Source: Marine Group III euryarchaeote CG-Epi1 (GTDB lineage: Archaea; Thermoplasmatota; Poseidoniia; MGIII; CG-Epi1). Taken from it: a DNA stretch of 64,000 nt. The notes under the pieces were generated by a model. That model was not told the origin of the DNA, did not search any database, and was given only the letters and a program-made list of their open reading frames with translations. This document shows positions 62,634 through 64,000 of the stretch, one piece after another. The stretch's first letter is position 1. Every line of letters starts with the position of its first letter. Location of the stretch: positions 25,656 to 89,655 of the forward strand of contig MIZA01000012.1 in the NCBI GenBank assembly GCA_001875345.1, given 5' to 3'. The position numbers and the translations under genes are program-made.

Positions 62634-63929
62634 ATGTTGCATATAGGAATTGACGATACAGACTCACTAGATGGAGGTTGTACTACTTGGTTGATTACCG
62701 AGATTATATCTGAACTATCGGATTTAGACTTAATAGCGCCGCCCAGACTAGTACGATTGAATCCAAATGTACCTTGGAAAACAAGAGGTAATGGAGCTCT
62801 TGCACTTGTGTTTGGCGAAGGCATTGGCTCCAAAAAAAAGATAGGTAGTTTAGAAAATTCAGAGATTAGCATATATCCGAACTATAAAGATAGGAAATTT
62901 GATAAAAAAGATATTCTTGAAAGAGTAGTTAAGATTGTTAAAGCCAACTCTAAGCAGGATTCACAACCAGGTATTGTAATATCAGATACTTACTTGCCAG
63001 AAGGCCTCTATTGGCAAGGCGTACGGAGTATAGTTGTTCAGGAAGATTTAGATCCTATTCTTTCTAGCTGCGTAACTTTTGGAATGAGAGGTTCCAGAGG
63101 ATTAATAGGCGCTGCATGTGCATTGGCTTGGTCAGGATACCATAGTAAAGTAGGAGAATTAAATTTTACTTGGGAATTAATAGCGTACAGAGAAAAATCA
63201 ATGTGGGGGACTTTACGAGATATTTCTTCTGAGTCCGTTTCTAAAGTTTCTGAACTTAAGGAGGTGTTTTCATGTAATGATCACGATGGTAAAGTAGCGA
63301 TGGTTCCAAATTCACCTTGTCCTGTTCTATGGGGTTTTAGGGGGACGAATGATAAGATACTTATCGATAATTTTCATAAGCTAGGCCCTGAAAAACCATC
63401 AAGATGGTTATTGTATCAAACAAACCAAGCTACAGACGATCATTTTTGTATTTCAGATATACTAGAGCTTACGGCTTTTACTTCAGTGTGGGTAGATGTC
63501 AGAGTTTCTTCTAAAGCTGAAATCATAAAAGGCGGTCATCGTTTTTTCAGAGTAAAAGATTCAGAAGAAAATGAAGTAAAATGCGCAGTTTTTGAACCCT
63601 CCAAAAGCTTGAGAGCAGTTGTAGATAAATTAGAAGTGGGTGATGAAATAACAGTATGTGGAAGTGTTAGCGAAAGTACAGTTAATATTGAAAAATTAAA
63701 AATTATAAATTTAGTACCTCGTTACTCTAAGCCTCCAAACCCAGTTTGTGTTTGTGGTAAGCGTACACATTCTTCTGGTAAAAATTCCAAATACAGATGT
63801 AAAAGTTGCGGAAAAAAATACGATCGTCCTGCCCTGATTCCTAAGTCACCTAATTTAGATTTAAACTGGTTTGAGCCTCCAGCATCCTCTCGACGGCATC
63901 TTACAAAGCCAATTGATTTAATGCGATAG
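62634..63929 (+). CDS. tiaS: tRNA(Ile2) 2-agmatinylcytidine synthetase
   Basis: MLHIGIDDTDSLDGGCTTWL is the characteristic TiaS N-terminus. It also has an OB-like middle domain and a C-terminal zinc ribbon (CVCGKRT...CKSCG). Confidence 0.85.
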   Translation: MLHIGIDDTDSLDGGCTTWLITEIISELSDLDLIAPPRLVRLNPNVPWKTRGNGALALVFGEGIGSKKKIGSLENSEISIYPNYKDRKFDKKDILERVVKIVKANSKQDSQPGIVISDTYLPEGLYWQGVRSIVVQEDLDPILSSCVTFGMRGSRGLIGAACALAWSGYHSKVGELNFTWELIAYREKSMWGTLRDISSESVSKVSELKEVFSCNDHDGKVAMVPNSPCPVLWGFRGTNDKILIDNFHKLGPEKPSRWLLYQTNQATDDHFCISDILELTAFTSVWVDVRVSSKAEIIKGGHRFFRVKDSEENEVKCAVFEPSKSLRAVVDKLEVGDEITVCGSVSESTVNIEKLKIINLVPRYSKPPNPVCVCGKRTHSSGKNSKYRCKSCGKKYDRPALIPKSPNLDLNWFEPPASSRRHLTKPIDLMR

Positions 63930-64000
63930 AATGATTAAGACCTTGATTCATAGTCATATGTGTCAGTATTCAGTGTAGAGATTAAAAAGAGTCTTCAGCT

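Noticed and set aside
1-64000. CRISPR arrays, rRNA genes, SRP or RNase P RNAs, insertion sequences, inteins and classical defence islands.
   Set aside because: No regularly spaced direct repeats were seen. No intergenic gap exceeds about 140 nt, which is too small for these RNAs. No transposase, integrase or Cas-like ORFs appear in the track. No long in-frame insertions were seen in the conserved enzymes.

Overview
AT-rich, densely packed archaeal chromosome segment with about 70 supportable features. Many genes are joined by 1-4 nt TAATG or ATGA overlaps. Archaeal hallmarks: TFB, class I CCA-adding enzyme, Pelota, NAC, ABCE1, archease, TiaS, RibL, uS15, an initiator tRNA-Met with A1:U72, and several proteins with class III (prepilin-like) signal peptides. 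Bacterial-type genes are mixed in: PntAB, PPDK, RmuC, RusA, an MMPL/RND exporter, dPGM and a long aconitase. By inference this looks like an aerobic, heterotrophic marine planktonic euryarchaeon (Marine Group II/III-like Thermoplasmatota). I cannot confirm the taxonomy without a database search. No rRNA, CRISPR array, integrase or transposase was seen. Most of the window is housekeeping: pyrG, pyrC, purM, folD, trxB, the ribB-ribL-ribE-ribH operon, aconitase, ppdK, pntAAB, acyl-CoA dehydrogenase, and tRNA or translation factors. The strongest candidate for a novel system is the minus-strand operon at 5348-11032. There a Tat-exported Rieske protein and a split cytochrome b have no c1/f-type subunit. 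They are instead coupled to an Hdr-like module (a 2x[4Fe-4S] domain fused to the cytochrome b C-half, plus a double-CCG protein) and to a flavodoxin-ferredoxin fusion. Other notable items: (1) a type IV pilus-like locus at 15015-21804 with four prepilin-like genes, a FlaI-like ATPase with long charged tails and a platform protein split in two; (2) a second pilin-less Tad/Epd-like ATPase-platform core at 39820-42391; (3) a stand-alone pilin gene bracketed by an exact 11-nt repeat; (4) a split OGFOD1/Tpa1-like 2OG-oxygenase pair; (5) a lone RusA resolvase translationally coupled to folD; (6) an operon-internal ORF that stays open for about 58 codons upstream of its first canonical start.
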